Made by a program: the position numbers and the translations under genes
Shown: piece by piece, positions 1-11,496 of the stretch
How the letters are laid out: each line of letters opens with the position of its first letter
How positions within the stretch are numbered: the stretch's first letter is position 1
Notes under the pieces: generated by a model
What the model was told of the DNA's origin: nothing
Seen by the model: only the letters and a program-made list of their open reading frames with translations
The model's database searches: none
NCBI GenBank assembly: GCA_900128395.1
Contig: LT649236.1
Coordinates: 1-64,000 of the forward strand
Origin: Stramenopiles sp. TOSAG23-2
Taxonomy: Eukaryota
DNA: 64,000 nucleotides
Direction of reading: 5' to 3'

Positions 1-378
1 ACATCAAACGATAATGAAGCTATTGAAGACGACAACAGACCATCAATTGAAGAAAATCAAAAGGAAGATGCAACTGATAATAAAGAAGAGCAATCTGAAC
101 TTGATACCCACGATGATGGCAACAATGACAATAATAACGATGATAATAATAAGGAAGAGGAAGAACAAGTTGAAGAGGAGGAAGAGCAAGTTGAAGAGGA
201 GGGGCAACCAAAAGAAGATCCACATTTAGGCAAAATTGAAGCCAAACCTGGATTTTGGGTTACTGATAATGAATTAGCACAATTACGAATTTTTCTACCT
301 GGTTTTAAAAAAGTCGCTAATGAGCGATTGTATAAAGTTTTACCAAATTTGATGGCAAAAAACTTCAAAAAATGTTAA
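1..378 (+). CDS. 3' end of a gene running in from outside the window; acidic low-complexity region then a short ordered tail
   Basis: Frame 1 is open from base 1 to TAA at 376-378 (TSNDNEAIEDD...EEEEQVEEE...GFWVTDNELAQLRIFLPGFKKVANERLYKVLPNLMAKNFKKC). It is absent from the ORF track because there is no upstream start. Confidence 0.6.
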   Translation, partial: TSNDNEAIEDDNRPSIEENQKEDATDNKEEQSELDTHDDGNNDNNNDDNNKEEEEQVEEEEEQVEEEGQPKEDPHLGKIEAKPGFWVTDNELAQLRIFLPGFKKVANERLYKVLPNLMAKNFKKC

Positions 379-579
379 TACGAAGAAAAGCAATTTGGAT
401 AACCGCCCGAGGTGGAAAAATTAAAAGTGTCGTTTAATGTTAAAAAAGTATGTGCGAATTTTCATACGCGTTGTACGTAAAATTTTGTTGCGGTGTATTA
501 ATTTAATAATATATGGGGAAATAAATAAAATATATATATTTTTAGTTTTAGTTTTTTATCATATCACTTATACAATTAT

Positions 580-855
580 TCACTTAGTATTTAACGATGG
601 TATATAGGTAGGTTCTAGAATAGTCATTTCTCCGCTTTTATTTCCTAATCTATATTCTGCCCATTCGGGATAATTTACCCACTTCAATTTCATATCCTCC
701 CTCTGCTTCTTTGATAAATCCATTTTACTACTTTTAACTCTTTCGGCAACAGTAGCACCTTTACTCTTTCCTTTCGCTGCATTTACCTGCTCTTCAAATT
801 TTATAGCAAATTGTGAAAAAACTGCTGTATGCGAACGTACTTCTAAATTGCTCAT
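580..855 (-). CDS. small hypothetical protein (91 aa) or terminal exon
   Basis: ATG-started ORF with protein-like composition (KWVNYPEWAEYRLG), convergent with the gene ending at 378. No family recognised. Confidence 0.45.
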   Translation of the reverse strand: MSNLEVRSHTAVFSQFAIKFEEQVNAAKGKSKGATVAERVKSSKMDLSKKQREDMKLKWVNYPEWAEYRLGNKSGEMTILEPTYIPSLNTK

Positions 856-1460
856 TGATATTCTCTCAAACTTGGTTTTATTTACAGGTTATATATGTAT
901 AGATATATACAGAAAGACAAGTGCAACAATACGTAATGTATATGAATTCGTGAATAACAGGTTATTGTATAATACAAAAAAAGATGTTGTGGGCGTGTGG
1001 GCGTGTAGCTACGAGGAGTGTTGTAGACTAGTGTACGAGGATGTACTGTATGTATTAATAGTCTCGTACATGTATGTATTAATAGTCTGGTAATACATTA
1101 TCATGTATTCTAATTCGCTGATGTCAACAAAAGATGTCGTACAAAAAATGAAACTCACCATGACGATCTACTGATACTTGCTGCTATTTTATAGTAAATA
1201 ATACGTAATAATATTAAAAAATAACTGCATACTGCATACTGCATGCAACACACAGTAGTTATATCTAGTAGTCCTCTCTATGATAGTTATATCCTCTCTG
1301 GTTATTATTATTTATATATAACTCCTTTATATGATAAATATATTATAATTATTATGATAATATAATATAAACAATAATGGTATCTCAAACATATCCTGCA
1401 AATATAAATACACATATCATATCATATAATCTACTTACTAGGCTTGGAGAATAAAAAAAC

Positions 1461-3269
1461 ATGAACAGTATACCAAAGGACAGGATGCAGTCAAATGGTA
1501 TGCATAAATTGATACCGTCACCTGTTAAACTAGTGGGTTTTGCTAATACTAGTGATACAATCGTGAACAAGAAAGTCAATAGTAAAAAAGCATTATTCCC
1601 GACAGTAGTTAAAACAGGAAAAAGTCCACCACCAATGCTTAACCGCAATTCGTCTACATCAAGTCACCCAGTCAATTATTTGCCACGTTATTTTCACATC
1701 CACTTGTTAAAGCGCCCTGAAGGATTAGGAATTAATATGATGGCAGTGAAAAGGGAAGAATTCGAAGCAATTATTATAGCTGGTCAAAGAGAGAAAGAAG
1801 TCAGTGCATGGAGAATGTCAAATCGTGAACTTGAGGAAAGACGGAAAATACAACCAGGTTTAGAAATTGTCGCAATAAATGGGAAATTATTAGAGCCACG
1901 AACATTAAGTCACGCTCATAACATAGTTTATAGCAGTGATAGAGACATTGATTTAACAGTGCGGCGATTGTCAGAGGAAGAAAGCCATCGCATGATGTCC
2001 TTGTTGCAGGAAATGGAAGATAATGGTAAAGTATTTGTTGCAAAACGTCCATCGCAAAAAAATAAATCATCTCGTAACTCTCCATCATTTCACTTTAGAG
2101 CCATCAAAAAGGACCAAGTAGTACCTAGAGAGACATTTCCTTACGCAACGCCTCCAAGGTCAAGGCAAGACTATCTGCCTAGTAATAGCAATAACGAAAA
2201 TAATAAAAATAATATTAGCCAAGAAGAATTTTCTGAAAGGAGAAGAAAAGCTGAAAAAAAAGGAAACAAACAAACATCAAAACAAAAAGTTGACGCCGAT
2301 GATAACAACATCCTATTTTTAAATCCAACTGATGCGCTTGGTGTAGGAATAGATTTAGATGTATATATTGATAAGCAAATGATGATAAACGACCAGACAA
2401 AAGAGTTTCTAGAAGAACAAAAAAACCGTACAGATGCTATTGCAAATGAATACTTTAAAAACAAAGACACTAAAATAGATGATAATGACGAATCATCTAA
2501 TGAAAAAAAAAATGACTCTCCTCCACCAAATCCAACAAATATGAGAAAATCATTGATTAAATTATTGGCAACATTAAAGGGTCATCAAGCAAATGCACGG
2601 GAAGCGCTTGTCCATATTATGTCTAAAGAAAAAATTTTACAAAAAAATTTACAGGTTGATAAAAATACATATAAACGATTGATGGAAGAAAGTGAAGAAT
2701 ATATTTTAGAAGCTGCACAAGCGTTTGTCGAATTACCTGGGCTATCACAGAAAGAGAAAACGGTCGTATGGGAAGCATGCTATAACATGTTGTTAGAAGC
2801 TAAGGAATGTGATTCTATTAAACGCAATGTCTTATCTACATTAGACACTATAAAAGACCAAGTTGGGACTGTTCGGGATGCGCTATATTTACTAGCAAGT
2901 GAAGAAAAAATAGCTCGTGAAGCAAAATTAATCAAGGTAGCAAAATTATGCGAACATTCATTAAATTGTAAAAGTGAAACATGTAAAATAAATGGATGTT
3001 CGAGAATGAAAAGTAATATACAACATGTGAAAACATGCAAAATTCATAAACAAGTTGGACAACAATGTTCTTTATGTTTAAATATGGAAACACTGTTGAA
3101 ATTCATTAATAAGAAAAAAGATTACAACGCAATTCCTGAGGATAATAACAATGCAAAACCAATTAATCAAGCAGTGAGAAAGAAAAGTAGTGAGGATAGA
3201 TTATCCACAATAGCAGAAGTGAAAAGTTTTGACGACTTAAAAATAATAGAAAGTGGGCTTGGAGAGTGA
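1461..3269 (+). CDS. PDZ-domain protein with helical mid-region and C-terminal TAZ-like zinc finger
   Basis: 602-aa ORF. PDZ-like segment LLKRPEGLGINM...IQPGLEIVAINGK...IDLTVRR; C-terminal H-x3-C-x4-C-x4-C-x2-MK-x4-H-x3-C-x9-C-x2-C pattern matches TAZ spacing. Confidence 0.8.
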   Translation: MNSIPKDRMQSNGMHKLIPSPVKLVGFANTSDTIVNKKVNSKKALFPTVVKTGKSPPPMLNRNSSTSSHPVNYLPRYFHIHLLKRPEGLGINMMAVKREEFEAIIIAGQREKEVSAWRMSNRELEERRKIQPGLEIVAINGKLLEPRTLSHAHNIVYSSDRDIDLTVRRLSEEESHRMMSLLQEMEDNGKVFVAKRPSQKNKSSRNSPSFHFRAIKKDQVVPRETFPYATPPRSRQDYLPSNSNNENNKNNISQEEFSERRRKAEKKGNKQTSKQKVDADDNNILFLNPTDALGVGIDLDVYIDKQMMINDQTKEFLEEQKNRTDAIANEYFKNKDTKIDDNDESSNEKKNDSPPPNPTNMRKSLIKLLATLKGHQANAREALVHIMSKEKILQKNLQVDKNTYKRLMEESEEYILEAAQAFVELPGLSQKEKTVVWEACYNMLLEAKECDSIKRNVLSTLDTIKDQVGTVRDALYLLASEEKIAREAKLIKVAKLCEHSLNCKSETCKINGCSRMKSNIQHVKTCKIHKQVGQQCSLCLNMETLLKFINKKKDYNAIPEDNNNAKPINQAVRKKSSEDRLSTIAEVKSFDDLKIIESGLGE

Positions 3270-4483
3270 ATGTAAAAATATTAAAATATTGCGCCAAATA
3301 TAAAAAATATCTCCTCAAAAGTGTTTTTAAATGTTTAATGTATAATAAAATGTACTGAGCGTACATTTTTCTCCACCTTAACACCACAGTGTAATCTTGT
3401 ATTTATATACGAGGTATTTATATTAGACATGTACATACTTGTACGTTCGTAAATAATGTACTGTACGAATTATGCACTGTCTGTGCCTAATAATCTAGGT
3501 CTATTAAGGAGGAAAAGTCTCCAAGGACCATATCTGTGCTTTTGATAGGAGGTTAATTTGAATTATACTTATTACAGTACAGTTTTGTAGCCTGAACGTG
3601 CCAAGAGTTCCAGAGTTCCTCCTTGTTGAAAACAAAACGTTAATAAAAATGTGTACATTTCGAAAATCAATAGCACATTTTTATAAATCCAATTCATATA
3701 GAAATTATATATTTTACTATGTCAACTAAACTTCATTGAAATTAGATGAAATTTAATTTTAAAAGCAAAAATATGTCATCATCATCACCATCAATAGCAC
3801 AATATAAAGCTCCTAGGAAAAGAAAAAGGAAAAAACGTACATTTGATATTACGTATTATCGATACCAATTTTTTGTTATTATTATTATTATCCAGTGGCA
3901 TTTCCAGTTTTTTCTCCATCTTTACTTCAATTTTCTTTTCCATCTTTCTTCTATGTGTTGTAATATATATATATATATGCACATACATATTTAATCTCAT
4001 GCGATGGCACTTTCCTCGGTACACATTATTGCTTTTATACTTGTACTTACAGTATTTGAACGGATATTGTATACTACGTATTGCCAGATTGCCAGGAGCC
4101 AGGAATCGTGTTTTAAGGTATTTTGTCTCCAAATATTATTTTTCTTTTTGAGAGTAGCAGTATTAGAATTATTGAAATTATGTAGTGCTATTATATACAT
4201 TTTCAATTTCAATATTACCTGTATTATATAAATAATTTCAAACTCATTAATATTACCATGGAAATAGTATCATATTTTTACCATTGCATCATCAGTAATA
4301 TTGACTGTTATAATAAAATTATAGTTTGAATTATAAATTATAACATATACTATAAAATATATTTTATCAACTGAAATATATAGAGAGATACGTATTGATG
4401 GATGATTATAAATTGGAAAGAAGAAGAATCATACAAGACATATATACATATATATATATATATTTTATTTTCTTATTTAAAAT

Positions 4484-7400
4484 ATGGCACTTTTTTTTGA
4501 ATATAAAACAAAACCAAAAAGGGAATCTGAACCTTCGTGCTTAGCATGGTGTAAGACAGATACCATATTGGCTGTAGGGACTCGTTCTAGGGAAATTAAT
4601 ATGTTTTTAGGTGAAGGTGACTTAATGCAAGACGGTTCCATAGTTGGAAAGTGCAATCCTTGCTGTTTACAGTGGCATCCACGATCAAGAGTATTATGCT
4701 CCGGTTGGAGCAACGGCACGATTGTCTTTTTTGATGCAAGAGATTGCCAACCAAAGCAACCACCGAAACAACCGCATCATAATAGAATAACTTTCATGGC
4801 TTGGAACGGAAGTGGAAATAGGCTAGTAACAGGGGATGCGAATGGTATCGTAGCTGTCTGGGGCGCACAAGGTATTACGCGCTCTATGAATGTTATGACA
4901 CAGTACAGAAAAAACGGTTCGTTAGACCATTGCGTATGGTGCAATGAAGAAGTTGATAATACGAAAGTACGTGGTAATCGCGGTGGTGTGGATCACGCAC
5001 CATTTTTTTATGCCGGTGAACAAGGTGTTATTTATTATGGTGATGATATGGGTAACTCCATGATGGTGCAATCGCTTGGCTCCCCTGTCGATGCATTGTT
5101 GTTTTATGCCTCTAAAAGCCGTTTAGTAGCAGTGACCAGGAGTTTAATGTTAGCACAGATGGAAGTTGCTGTTGATGGTAAAGTTACCCCGTTGATGAAG
5201 GTTAAGTTAAGTATGGCTGCTGATAATGGAATTTCAAAAGCTGTTTGGGCTGGTGATGGTCTATTGGCAACATGTGCACGAGAAGGTTTTGTACGTTTCT
5301 GGGATTTATCTCATAATGAGAATTATCACGTATCATTGATGTCTGCATCGGAAATCGATGGTGGTAGAAAATTATCACACGATGATCGTGTTATACAATT
5401 GGATTATAATCCAAGAAATCAAACATTAGCAGCAGGTACGCAAGATGGCAATGTTGTTATGTGGAGAAATTTAAATGCTGAATTTGCCAAAGGGGCAAAC
5501 AGAGGTATAGCGAGTACTGCAGATGATTGGCGTGCGTTACCAGTTCACTTAATGAATGGCGCTATTAAAAGTTTAGTATGGGGTCCTGGGGATCATCAAT
5601 TAGCAGCGTGTACACTTAGCGGTACATCCATTTTGAATCAAAGTGTACTTCATCGTAAACATTCAAAAGATTACAGCGTGATTCAAGTCAATGAAAATGA
5701 AATTGCCGTACATAGGAGCGGGGATACGAGAGATCGTTACAAGAAATCCATTGAAGCTGGAATTAATATAGCGGGTTTAGATGTTTACGGCAATACAGTT
5801 GCTGTGTGGAGTGGGAAAAAAGTAGAAGTATACATGTTGGGTGAAGGTGATGATGCTGGTGTTAAAAAATTAGGAACGTTTCCATCTCGCTCGCCTAGCT
5901 GCGCTTTGCAAGAACAATCTATTTTTACTGCTGTTGGCGATACAGTAGAGAAAAGGAATCTATCTGGTGGATCTGTTTTAACTACCTTGTCGTTCACAGA
6001 AGCGGAGGGAAGACCAATGCATATGGATGCTAATGGTAAATTTTTAGCAGTAGTGACAGACAAAGGTATTATTAAAATGTTTGATGTATCGAGACGGGAG
6101 CCAAAGCAATTGTTTAGTGCAGGTAAATTTTCAGAAGCTGAAACTCCAACTGTTTTAGTTGGAATTATTAAGTCTATTAAATGCAATGCAGATGGTACGT
6201 GTGTATCGATTTTATCCGAGCGAATGCGAGGTACCTATTTACGTGCCCCTGATACGCGGTTGCATGTGTATCATTGTGAAATGCAATCAGTTTTGCATTA
6301 TGACTTTGCTGAGAAAGGACGATACCCAGTTGCACACTTTTGGGACGATGATGAGCCGCGTTTATTAGCATGCGAGACTCATAAGCTACGTGGCAGTACT
6401 GGTAGTAGTGGTAGCCAAAGTAAAAATGGTAGCTCGGAGAAAAAAGAAGAAAAGTCATCGCAGGAAGATGATGGGCTTGAAAATGCACATGTTTCAGACG
6501 CTGAAATTACAACATTATTTGCAACGTCAGAACATGGTTTATTGAAGCAAGATGAAAATAGCTTATCTTCTGATATCGGAGCTTTGCTTGGTCTACGCGT
6601 ACCGAATTTGTATTTTGTAGGTGCAACCCATAGTCGAAGAATCTCTGGCTCTCGTGTCATTTCCCGTGCCTTACGGGATTTTGCTGGTTTAAAAACTGTT
6701 GATGATGAAATCAAAAGAGCATTGTTAGATTTTTCATTTTATTTGACTATCGGTGATATGGACAAAGCATATCTAGCCGTTCGTTTAATCAACGAAGAGC
6801 AAGTTTGGGAAAACATGGCGTTGATGTGCGTGAAAACAAAAAGACTAGACGTTGCGGAAGTTTGTTTAGGAAATATGGGACATGCAAGAGGGGCGCGTGC
6901 TGTTAGGCAAGCAAAAAGCGAGCCGCAAGTCGAGGCACAAATTGCAATGGTAGCTGTGCAATTAGGATTGTTGGAGGATGCAGAAAAATGTTACCAGGAT
7001 TGTTCGCGTTGGGATTTATTGAATAATTTATACCAATCTAGCGGTGAATGGGAAAAAGCATTGCATATTGCTAAATCTAAAGATCGCATACATTTACGTA
7101 CGACGCATTACAAATATGCAAAACATTTGGAGTCTATGGGTCAGCTGACGCAGGCGATTAAACATTATGAATTAAGTGGTACGTATGCGAAGGAAGTACC
7201 GCGAATGTTATTCGATAATGGTCGTGTCGATATTTTGAAAAAGTATGTGCAAAAGAAAGATGATCCAAAATTATATATTTGGTGGGGTCAATATTGCGAG
7301 AGCAATCATCAATACGATGCCGCAATACAATATTACACTCGTGCAAATGATGCATTGTCCTTAGCTCGTGTACATTGCTTGAAAAAAGATTTCGCAGCTG

Positions 7401-8827
7401 CTGATGAAATTGTTAAAACGTCTGAGAACAAAGCTGCTGCATATTTCGTAGCAAAAGAATTGGAGCTAGATGGCAAAATAGAAGAAGCTATTGAGTTTTT
7501 CAGTAAAAGTGGCCGTTACAACCACGCTGTACGCTTAGCTCAGGACAATCATATGGATGGAGATCTAATGAGCTTGTCTTTGATGAGTGGGCCTAAAGTT
7601 ATGTTAAGTAGTGCTAGATACTTTGAAAGCAAAGGAGCAGAAAAAAGAGCAGTTCAGCTGTACCAACGTGCTGGCAAACTAGCAAAGGCGCTTGATTTAT
7701 GTTTCCGTGCTCGTTTATTTGAGGAGTTGCGAAATATTGCTGATGATTTAGCAAACGGTTCAAAAGATGCTCAAGTTGCACCAGAAACATTGGCAAAATG
7801 TGCATCGTTTTTAATGGAAAATTCGCAATATGATAAGGCTGTGCACCTTTATATTATTGGTGGTCGTATTGAAGAATCGATTGATATGTGCGCACAATAT
7901 AAAGTTAAAATTTCTGAAGAGATGGCAGATAAGATGACACCAGACAAAAAGGATCCAAAATATCAAGGCCAAAAGCGTACAGATGTGCTCTTAAAATTAG
8001 CAGATGTGTGTAAACGCCAAAATTCGTTCCATTTAGCCACGAAGAAATACACTCAAGCAGGTGATAAATTAAAGGCAATGAAATGCTTGTTAAAGAGTGG
8101 TGATACCGAGAAAATAACATTCTTTGCAAATGTTAGTAGAAACAAGGAAATTTATGTTTTGGCTGCAAATTATTTACAGAAATTAGAATGGCATGAAAAT
8201 CCTGAACGTATGCAAGCAATTATTACAATGTATAAAAAGGCCAAAGCGTATGAACAATTATCTGGATTTTATGATGCATGTGCACAATTTGAGATTGATG
8301 AATATCGCGCATATGACAAGGCATTAGCTGCACTTAACGAGGCAGAGCGATTTTTATCGAAAGGTAGAAATATTCCAGCACAAACTAAGCAAGAAAAGTT
8401 ACAAGTATTACAACAGAGAATCATGCATGTAGATCAATTTGCAGCAGCTCAGAAGTGTATCAAAACGGATCCAGAGGAAGCTGTACGTATTTGCATGCAA
8501 TTATTACAAGAACGCGATATAGATCGTGCTATACGTTGTGGTGATGTGTTTGCATTGCTAATTGAATTTCATTATGGAAATAAAAATTATAGGGAAGCAC
8601 ATTCGTTAATTGGTCAAATGCAGGATAGAAATATTATTTTAAATCCTTACTTGGCTGCTGATATGGTTAGTACAATTTGTAAAGAAGTTGGGGTACCAGA
8701 CATAGGACAAAAGAAAAGTGGACATGGAGGTAATATGGATAATGATAGTGAAGACGGTATGGCAGAGGATATCGATTTTGGATCTCAGAGTGATGAGGAA
8801 GAAATGCTATTGCAAATACATAAATAA
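4484..8827 (+). CDS. IFT140: intraflagellar transport protein 140 (IFT-A)
   Basis: 1447-aa ORF, N-terminal WD40 then TPR. Diagnostic motifs VWENMALMCVKTKRLDVAEVCLGNMGHARGARA, DRIHLRTTHY and YTQAGDKLKAMKCLLKSGDTEKITFFA. Confidence 0.97.
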   Translation: MALFFEYKTKPKRESEPSCLAWCKTDTILAVGTRSREINMFLGEGDLMQDGSIVGKCNPCCLQWHPRSRVLCSGWSNGTIVFFDARDCQPKQPPKQPHHNRITFMAWNGSGNRLVTGDANGIVAVWGAQGITRSMNVMTQYRKNGSLDHCVWCNEEVDNTKVRGNRGGVDHAPFFYAGEQGVIYYGDDMGNSMMVQSLGSPVDALLFYASKSRLVAVTRSLMLAQMEVAVDGKVTPLMKVKLSMAADNGISKAVWAGDGLLATCAREGFVRFWDLSHNENYHVSLMSASEIDGGRKLSHDDRVIQLDYNPRNQTLAAGTQDGNVVMWRNLNAEFAKGANRGIASTADDWRALPVHLMNGAIKSLVWGPGDHQLAACTLSGTSILNQSVLHRKHSKDYSVIQVNENEIAVHRSGDTRDRYKKSIEAGINIAGLDVYGNTVAVWSGKKVEVYMLGEGDDAGVKKLGTFPSRSPSCALQEQSIFTAVGDTVEKRNLSGGSVLTTLSFTEAEGRPMHMDANGKFLAVVTDKGIIKMFDVSRREPKQLFSAGKFSEAETPTVLVGIIKSIKCNADGTCVSILSERMRGTYLRAPDTRLHVYHCEMQSVLHYDFAEKGRYPVAHFWDDDEPRLLACETHKLRGSTGSSGSQSKNGSSEKKEEKSSQEDDGLENAHVSDAEITTLFATSEHGLLKQDENSLSSDIGALLGLRVPNLYFVGATHSRRISGSRVISRALRDFAGLKTVDDEIKRALLDFSFYLTIGDMDKAYLAVRLINEEQVWENMALMCVKTKRLDVAEVCLGNMGHARGARAVRQAKSEPQVEAQIAMVAVQLGLLEDAEKCYQDCSRWDLLNNLYQSSGEWEKALHIAKSKDRIHLRTTHYKYAKHLESMGQLTQAIKHYELSGTYAKEVPRMLFDNGRVDILKKYVQKKDDPKLYIWWGQYCESNHQYDAAIQYYTRANDALSLARVHCLKKDFAAADEIVKTSENKAAAYFVAKELELDGKIEEAIEFFSKSGRYNHAVRLAQDNHMDGDLMSLSLMSGPKVMLSSARYFESKGAEKRAVQLYQRAGKLAKALDLCFRARLFEELRNIADDLANGSKDAQVAPETLAKCASFLMENSQYDKAVHLYIIGGRIEESIDMCAQYKVKISEEMADKMTPDKKDPKYQGQKRTDVLLKLADVCKRQNSFHLATKKYTQAGDKLKAMKCLLKSGDTEKITFFANVSRNKEIYVLAANYLQKLEWHENPERMQAIITMYKKAKAYEQLSGFYDACAQFEIDEYRAYDKALAALNEAERFLSKGRNIPAQTKQEKLQVLQQRIMHVDQFAAAQKCIKTDPEEAVRICMQLLQERDIDRAIRCGDVFALLIEFHYGNKNYREAHSLIGQMQDRNIILNPYLAADMVSTICKEVGVPDIGQKKSGHGGNMDNDSEDGMAEDIDFGSQSDEEEMLLQIHK

Positions 8828-8961
8828 AAATATTTTTAAATAAATTATATATCATATATGTACATATAATATTAATCCAGGGAAGTTTTAAAATCTCTCT
8901 AAATTAATATTAAAAAATATTTTTTTAAAATATTAATGTTTTATCATGTTAAATATGAATA

Positions 8962-8993
<32 letters not shown>

Positions 8994-9067
8994 CGTAAAA
9001 GAATTTTTACAAAGAGTATAAACATACGAGCTCGTCTCGGTGTATTTTTTTCCTTCTATCCCTCTCT

Positions 9068-10639
9068 CTATGAATCACTATCTTCAAAATCTTTGCCTGC
9101 TGTCTCTGGTACATATTTCCAAATAAATACAGCAGCAAATATAGACATCAAAATATAAATCCCAAATAAACAAACACTTCCTAGTTCTGGTGAATTACCT
9201 GCTATAGATGCAAATAAATCCTTTAGTATTGGAAAGGATAAAGTCACACCAAAGTTTGATATCCAATTTGCTCCCCAAGATATAGCAACCCCCTTGCTTC
9301 GAAAAGCATTTGTAAACAGTTCGCTAGTGACAATATATGGCATCGGACCAAGGGAAAGAGAAAATGCAATACGAAAAAGCAGCATCCCAAGAACTGCTAA
9401 CCATGGAGCAAAGATAGACGTTGTTGCATGATGTGCAAGAATGTAAAATGCAACTGCAATGATAGCAAGTCCAATAATCATCATCGCAATACCAATCATT
9501 GCCAAAGGTTTTCTCCCTACACGATCCACTAAACGCATTAATACTAAAATAGCACCTAACTGTGCAATGGATACTCCTGCAGATAACGCTATAGATGCAA
9601 CATCTTGAAATCCTGCATTTTTTAAAATTTGTGGGCCAAAGTAAATAACAACGTTTATTCCACATACCTGCTGTAAAACATTTATGCCAATACCAGCAAT
9701 TAATGCCGAACGTGATTTATGATTACAAATGCTTGTATCCCTTCTTGTATGTGGTGGTTGCTGTAGATTTTGTTCTTGTTGCAGAAGGTGATGCGTGGAT
9801 TGTTCTAACCCAAGTGCTTTCAAAGACTTCCTTGCATCATCAAATCGATCTTTTGACCTCAACCAACGAGGACTTTCAGATAACAAACCACAACATGTTG
9901 TAGACAGAATAAATTGAAAAATGGCTGGAATAGAGCCAATGCCAAGCATTATTCTCCAAACTCCTGGACTGTCTATTTGGGCACCAACGATACTTGAAAA
10001 AATATATGCAAACAATATTCCAGCCGTCACAGAAAATGCTCCATAACCACCTAATTGGCCTCTACAGAAAGTTGGGGAAATTTCAGAAATATATAAATTG
10101 CAAATTGAAGAATTGATACCAACACCGAAGCCAGTAAAAATTCGAGCTGCAACAAGCATCCAGAAAGAATTTGCAAAGGCCATAATAATTGGTCCAAATA
10201 TAAAGAAAATATTTTGCAATGTATGCGCTCCACGAGAACCTATTTTATTATACACTGGGCTGGCAAGAAGCGCACCAACACACCCACTCAATAATATACA
10301 CGATACAAGAATGCCTTTCTTCCAATCAGTCAAAAATCCTGCATTTTTTGAGGCTACCGATGAATTCCAAAATACAGCATCTTTGTCTAAGTAAAGTTCA
10401 GCGCCTGCAATAGATGCGGTATTATATCCAAAACAAAAAGCACCAATGGCAGCATTTACAACTGTAAAACGCAGTTGTGATGGTATATTCATGTGGTTAT
10501 TCTTATTATTAATATTTGTACATTCCTTAACAATATTATTATTATTATTTTTATCATTGGTATTATTACTTTTTTTATTATTGTTCTGACCAACAACAGA
10601 ACTAAGTTCCCGTTGATCGTTTAAAAGTGGGTCTTCCAT
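9068..10639 (-). CDS. MFS sugar porter family transporter (hexose/inositol type)
   Basis: Sugar porter motifs GAFCFGYNT, YISEISP..RG, ESPRWL, QQVCGINVVIYF, VDRVGRK and VPETAGK, with many hydrophobic helices. First ATG (MEDPLL) at 10639. Confidence 0.93.
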   Translation of the reverse strand: MEDPLLNDQRELSSVVGQNNNKKSNNTNDKNNNNNIVKECTNINNKNNHMNIPSQLRFTVVNAAIGAFCFGYNTASIAGAELYLDKDAVFWNSSVASKNAGFLTDWKKGILVSCILLSGCVGALLASPVYNKIGSRGAHTLQNIFFIFGPIIMAFANSFWMLVAARIFTGFGVGINSSICNLYISEISPTFCRGQLGGYGAFSVTAGILFAYIFSSIVGAQIDSPGVWRIMLGIGSIPAIFQFILSTTCCGLLSESPRWLRSKDRFDDARKSLKALGLEQSTHHLLQQEQNLQQPPHTRRDTSICNHKSRSALIAGIGINVLQQVCGINVVIYFGPQILKNAGFQDVASIALSAGVSIAQLGAILVLMRLVDRVGRKPLAMIGIAMMIIGLAIIAVAFYILAHHATTSIFAPWLAVLGMLLFRIAFSLSLGPMPYIVTSELFTNAFRSKGVAISWGANWISNFGVTLSFPILKDLFASIAGNSPELGSVCLFGIYILMSIFAAVFIWKYVPETAGKDFEDSDS

Positions 10640-11184
10640 ATTTTCAACTTTTAATCCAGCTTTTCCCAAACAATACAACAAGCTACATATTGGTTTTTGA
10701 TGAAATGATGATTTATTATTTTGTTGAAGCAACTTTTATTTCGAATTTTAGATTTATTAGATTTATTTGATTGTGCAAAAAAATTATTAAAAAATAATAA
10801 TAATAGTGCAATAATTCAATTCACACCACAACAACAACAAAATAATCGATTGTACCTGGTATTTCCATATAACACTGGCCTACCATTAATCGTCGCATAT
10901 TTTCGATCAAATTTCATTAAAATCAACATTTTCAACCTAAATTCTTATATTTCATTGTTATGATGATGGATTTTTCATTTCATTACATGAAAACAAAGGA
11001 AAAACATTGAAAATACCTTTTTAAACTTAGGCTCCACTAGTATACCATTTTTCCTATCAATTGGCAAAATAATTTTGACATTTCTTGTTTTCAGAAATTA
11101 GGGATAGCAGAATTTCTGGCATCAGATTTTTACAATAAAATCTGTACTTAAATAAATTATTAATTTACAGAAATGACTAAAATA

Positions 11185-11434
11185 AAGTATAAAATTCATA
11201 GAAATCATTAAATTATAAAAATATCCATTTTTTAAAACACAAAATACATGTAAAAATTACATCGTCATTTTAACAATTTCATCCTTTTCTTAAAATTACA
11301 TATAAATACAAGTATAAAATTCATAGAAATCATTAAATTATAAAAATATCCATTTTTAAAAACATAAAAAACATGTAAAAATTACATCGTCATTTTAACA
11401 ATTTCATCCTTTTCTTAAAATTACATATAAATAC
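11185..11434. repeat. tandem dimer, 125-bp unit
   Basis: 11185-11309 and 11310-11434 both start aagtataaaattcatagaaatc; about 3 substitutions between copies. Confidence 0.95.
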
Positions 11435-11496
11435 CATTAATATGAAATCATACAAAATATCATATTTTAGATGGAAATTCACTTTTTTACATAAAT

